From: Candidatus Chlorobium antarcticum
GTDB taxonomy: Bacteria > Bacteroidota > Chlorobiia > Chlorobiales > Chlorobiaceae
DNA: 64,000 nucleotides
Reading direction: 5' to 3'
NCBI GenBank assembly: GCA_030765725.1
Contig: JAVCDF010000007.1
Location: forward strand, 16,682-80,681
Shown piece after piece: positions 60,840 through 64,000 of this stretch. Position 1 is the stretch's first letter, and each line of letters starts with the position of its first letter. The translations under genes and the position numbers were made by a program. Under the pieces are notes generated by a model that saw nothing but the letters and a program-made list of their open reading frames with translations, was not told where the DNA came from and searched no databases.

Positions 60840-62162
60840 ATGAGCACCATCAACGCACAGAAATCCCCGAAAATCGCCGTCATCGGTCTCGGCTATGTTG
60901 GCCTGCCCCTCGCCGTTGAGTTCGCCAAGCACTACCCCGTCGCCGGCTTCGATATCAAGCAGCCACGAATCGACGAGCTTAACGCCTGGCGCGACTCCAC
61001 CCTTGAAACAGAGGAACAGGAACTGAAAAGCTGCATCACAAGAGATAACCCGCTCCCAAAAGCAGACACCAAAGGGCTCTTCGTCACCACGAACCTGCAG
61101 GATCTTGCTGAAGCCAATATCTATATTGTCACCGTCCCAACCCCGACCGACAAAAACAACCGCCCCGATTTGACCCCACTCGTCAAGGCAAGCGAAACCG
61201 TGGGCAAAGTGCTCAAAGAGGGCGACATCGTCATCTATGAATCCACCGTCTACCCCGGTGCTACCGAAGAGGACTGTGTGCCAGTACTTGAAAAGGTCTC
61301 CGGCCTGAAAATGAACGAAGGGTTCTTCGTCGGCTACTCGCCAGAACGCATCAACCCCGGCGACAAACTCCACACCGTCACTAAAATCAAAAAAGTCACC
61401 TCCGGCTCCACACCCGAATCCGCAGCGGTTGTCAACGGACTCTACCTCTCCATTATAGAAGCCGGCACCCACCTCGCCCCCTCCATCAAAGTTGCCGAAG
61501 CCGCTAAGGTCATTGAAAACTCCCAGCGCGACATCAACATCGCCTTCGTCAACGAACTCGCCCGCATCTTCAACCGCATGGGTATCGACACCCTCGATGT
61601 GCTCGAAGCCGCCGCCACCAAGTGGAACTTCCTCCCCTTCAAACCCGGCCTTGTAGGAGGCCACTGCATTGGGGTCGACCCCTACTACCTCGCCCAGAAA
61701 GCGCAGGAGGTCGGTTACAACCCTGAAATCATCCTCGCCGGGCGGCGCCTCAACGACGACATGGGCGCCTATGTAGCCAGTGAAACGGTCAAGCTCCTCA
61801 TCAGAAACGACTGCCATATCAAAAACGCAAAAGTGCTCGTACTCGGCATCACCTTCAAAGAAAACTGCCCCGACATCCGCAACAGCCGCGTGATTGACAT
61901 TATCAAGGAGCTGCAGGAATACGGCTGCGCTGTTGAAATTGCCGACCCCTGGGCCTCGCCCAAAGAGGTCATGCACGAATACGGCCTGCCAATGATCCAC
62001 AGCACCGAGACCATAGAGAACAACAGCTATCAGGCAGTTGTTGCGGCAGTAGGTCACAACGAGTTCAAGGCGCTCGACCCAAGGCAGTGGCTCACGAAGG
62101 ACGGCATTATTTACGATGTGAAAGGCATTTACGACCGGAACATTTCAGACGGACGGCTGTAA
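60840..62162 (+). CDS. Nucleotide-sugar (UDP-N-acetyl-hexosamine) 6-dehydrogenase, TviB/WbpO/VipA-like
   Basis: KIAVIGLGYVGLPLAVEF Rossmann N-terminus and the catalytic region GLVGGHCIGVDPYYL. Confidence 0.88.
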   Translation: MSTINAQKSPKIAVIGLGYVGLPLAVEFAKHYPVAGFDIKQPRIDELNAWRDSTLETEEQELKSCITRDNPLPKADTKGLFVTTNLQDLAEANIYIVTVPTPTDKNNRPDLTPLVKASETVGKVLKEGDIVIYESTVYPGATEEDCVPVLEKVSGLKMNEGFFVGYSPERINPGDKLHTVTKIKKVTSGSTPESAAVVNGLYLSIIEAGTHLAPSIKVAEAAKVIENSQRDINIAFVNELARIFNRMGIDTLDVLEAAATKWNFLPFKPGLVGGHCIGVDPYYLAQKAQEVGYNPEIILAGRRLNDDMGAYVASETVKLLIRNDCHIKNAKVLVLGITFKENCPDIRNSRVIDIIKELQEYGCAVEIADPWASPKEVMHEYGLPMIHSTETIENNSYQAVVAAVGHNEFKALDPRQWLTKDGIIYDVKGIYDRNISDGRL

Positions 62163-62177
62163 TAACGCACGGAATAG

Positions 62178-63129
62178 ATGAGCAAACCTTCAATAGCATA
62201 TATCAACAGCAACTACCGGTCAATCCTCTTCCGAGGGTTCCACTTTCTGCCGGAAAACGCTGCTGAAGGGTGGGTCTACTGGCTGCCACAATACATACTC
62301 AAGAACACCTCACTGCAGGTCTATTTTCTCACGAACAGCCACGAACTGTTCCTGCTCAACCGGAACGAAACACTGCAGAAGCTTGAGCCTGAATCTCTGG
62401 ACTCCATCGACATCTTTTTTGGAAGGACTGCTGGCAGCTTCGACCCCCAAAACCGCCTCATCCAGAGCGCAAAACTGAAAATAGTTTACCCGCTCAGAAG
62501 CAATGCTCCCGAGTCATACAACGGACACAACATTATTGTGGTACATGATGACGCGTTCATCAAACCCCTTCCCGAACACGACCGCAGTTTTTTTTACTGC
62601 GACAGCACAAAAAAAAGAGAACTTCTTTCTCTATCCTGCAGCCTTCACAAAACTGAAAGGACAACTGAAGTTCGCAAAACGAATATCGAAGCGGGCACTC
62701 GGCGGAACAAAAATCATCTTCTGCGGTTCAACCAAAACCGAAAGCTACGCCGAGGAATGTTTCCGCATTCTGGACCGAAAAAAAATCGATTATGAATACC
62801 TGAAGCGGGTCTCAAAATCCGACATGGGCGACCTCTACAGAAAAACCCGGCTGACGCTCTTTTTCTCCCGCAGCGACTTCAACCCCAGAATCTTCTATGA
62901 AAGCATGGCATGTGGCACACCATGCCTCCTCTCTAAAGAGGTCAACATCGCCACCGAACTGGAACCTCTGGCATTCAGGACTTCGAACTTCATGATGAAC
63001 CGAAACATCCGAAAATGCTCATTATACCCTGAAAGGGTACCACGAGTTCTTTGTGAAACAGCATTAGGACTGACAGAGGATTTCTGTTATAACAGGCTAT
63101 TCAAATATGCTCTAAGTCAAGAACAATAG
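62178..63129 (+). pseudogene. Glycosyltransferase (GT-B C-terminal motif) interrupted by a single frameshift at T8/A8 homopolymer tracts
   Basis: ORF 62178..62795 and ORF 62503..63129 overlap in different frames. Deleting one T of T8 (62588-62595) or one A of A8 (62609-62616) yields one 316-aa ORF. The C-terminal part carries ...IIFCGS...FYESMACGTPCLL. Confidence 0.7.
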
Positions 63130-63166
63130 ACACCATCAACCTCACAACAAACAGAAAAGAATCGGT

Positions 63167-64000
63167 GTGGTAAAAAGAACGCGCAAAAAAAAGAACACCT
63201 TCATCATCCTCTGTTCCGAATACCCACCCTTCATGGGGGGCATCGCACTCTGGGCGAAAAACCTACTGAGTACGCTGACCGAAAACGGGTACGAGGCAGT
63301 GGTGATGACGCCCATGACCCGGTTGAACAGGACAAAGGGCGCCCGTTCCACAAAACAGGTGCGTTACATCAGCGGGCACGACTGGCAGAAGCTCCACTGG
63401 CTCTACCGCCTGCCGGGGCTCTTCAAATACATGGTCACCCGAAAAGAACTGGTGCTCGTGGCCGCCACCTGGGACGACTTGCAAGTCATCCACCGCCTTA
63501 AAGCCCTCTTCGGCTTCAAAATCTACTGCGCGTCCCACGGCACCGACATCACACGGCATGTCTACCCAAAGAAAAAGAAGGTCATTGAGCGGATCAACCG
63601 AATATTCTCCTCCGTCGACCTTTTCATGCCGGTCAGTGAGTCACTCAACCGCATCGCCCGCAGCATGTACCCGAATCTCACCTGCCCAACTCTGGTGCTC
63701 GGCTGCAATGTCAAAACCGACATCTTCACCCCTGAACCCGACCCGACAAAAAAAGCAGCACTGCGGAAACAGTTCGGCATCGAGCCAACATCGAAGCTCC
63801 TCATCACCGTCGGCAGAATGATGGCTGTCAAAGGGTTCCGCCATGTCATTATGGCCCTGCCCGAGCTCAAAAAAACCTTCCCTGATATCCGATTCATGAT
63901 TGTGGCCGACAAAGCCGAACCCGAAATCCTCCTCATCGACCGTCTCATTCAAGAACTGCATCTTGAAGGTCATATCATCATCCAACCCCCCGTAAGCAAC
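63167..64000 (+). CDS. Glycosyltransferase family 4 (GT-B), 3'-truncated by the window end
   Basis: Hand translation from GTG 63167: VVKRTRKKKNTFIILCSEYPPFMGGIALWAKNLL...LITVGRMMAVKGFRHVI... The frame stays open to position 64000, and it is not in the ORF track because there is no stop in the window. Confidence 0.8.
   Translation, partial: MVKRTRKKKNTFIILCSEYPPFMGGIALWAKNLLSTLTENGYEAVVMTPMTRLNRTKGARSTKQVRYISGHDWQKLHWLYRLPGLFKYMVTRKELVLVAATWDDLQVIHRLKALFGFKIYCASHGTDITRHVYPKKKKVIERINRIFSSVDLFMPVSESLNRIARSMYPNLTCPTLVLGCNVKTDIFTPEPDPTKKAALRKQFGIEPTSKLLITVGRMMAVKGFRHVIMALPELKKTFPDIRFMIVADKAEPEILLIDRLIQELHLEGHIIIQPPVSN

Noticed and set aside
1-64000. Scan for CRISPR arrays, IS elements or transposases, integrases, phage genes, toxin-antitoxin pairs, restriction or other defence systems, rRNA, tmRNA, RNase P and riboswitch-like leaders.
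   Set aside because: I recognised none by eye. Intergenic regions are short, with the longest about 270 bp. The only repeats are the 12-bp coding repeat and the short intergenic repeats listed above. A covariance-model scan (Rfam) would be needed to exclude small ncRNAs.

Overview
This 64-kb window is a gene-dense, mostly housekeeping chromosomal segment. Its proteins look like those of a Chlorobiota/Bacteroidota-type organism, most likely a green sulfur bacterium. That assignment rests on recognising the translated proteins, not on any search. I support about 70 CDS, 2 tRNAs (Leu-GAG, Lys-UUU), several hairpin terminators and one short in-frame tandem repeat. I saw no rRNA, CRISPR array, IS element, integrase or prophage.

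Core content:
- Translation and transcription: rpsA, rpsT, rpsO, a tiny bS22-like ORF, the rimP-nusA-infB-rbfA-truB-ribF-rpsO block, rho, rpoZ, gatA, hisS.
- Envelope biogenesis: lpxB, kdsD/kpsF, uppS, bamA, skp, lptC-like, an MsbA-like ABC exporter, a LolC/E-like permease, cdsA, a Wzx-like flippase.
- Isoprenoid genes: ispH, and a type-2 IDI overlapping a polyprenyl synthase.
- Others: sucD, etfBA, dprA, ruvA, folC, panD.

Two regions look accessory:
1. 9.1-11.8 kb is an ECF sigma module with a membrane protein, an LTXXQ (Spy/CpxP-like) protein and a histidine-rich polytopic membrane protein carrying a Q/G tandem repeat.
2. 54.5-64 kb is a glycan (LPS-core or polysaccharide-type) cluster. It holds duplicated GT4 genes flanking an antisense YrbL-like kinase-fold gene, a GT9, a membrane-anchored beta-propeller-like protein, a TviB-like UDP-sugar dehydrogenase, and a glycosyltransferase split by a frameshift at adjacent T8/A8 tracts.

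Other points worth a second look are dprA lacking any canonical start codon, the unlisted 35-aa basic ORF next to the tRNAs, an orphan etfBA pair and a GlmU-like protein with only the nucleotidyltransferase half. I found no clearly novel multi-gene system. The two accessory modules are the best candidates.
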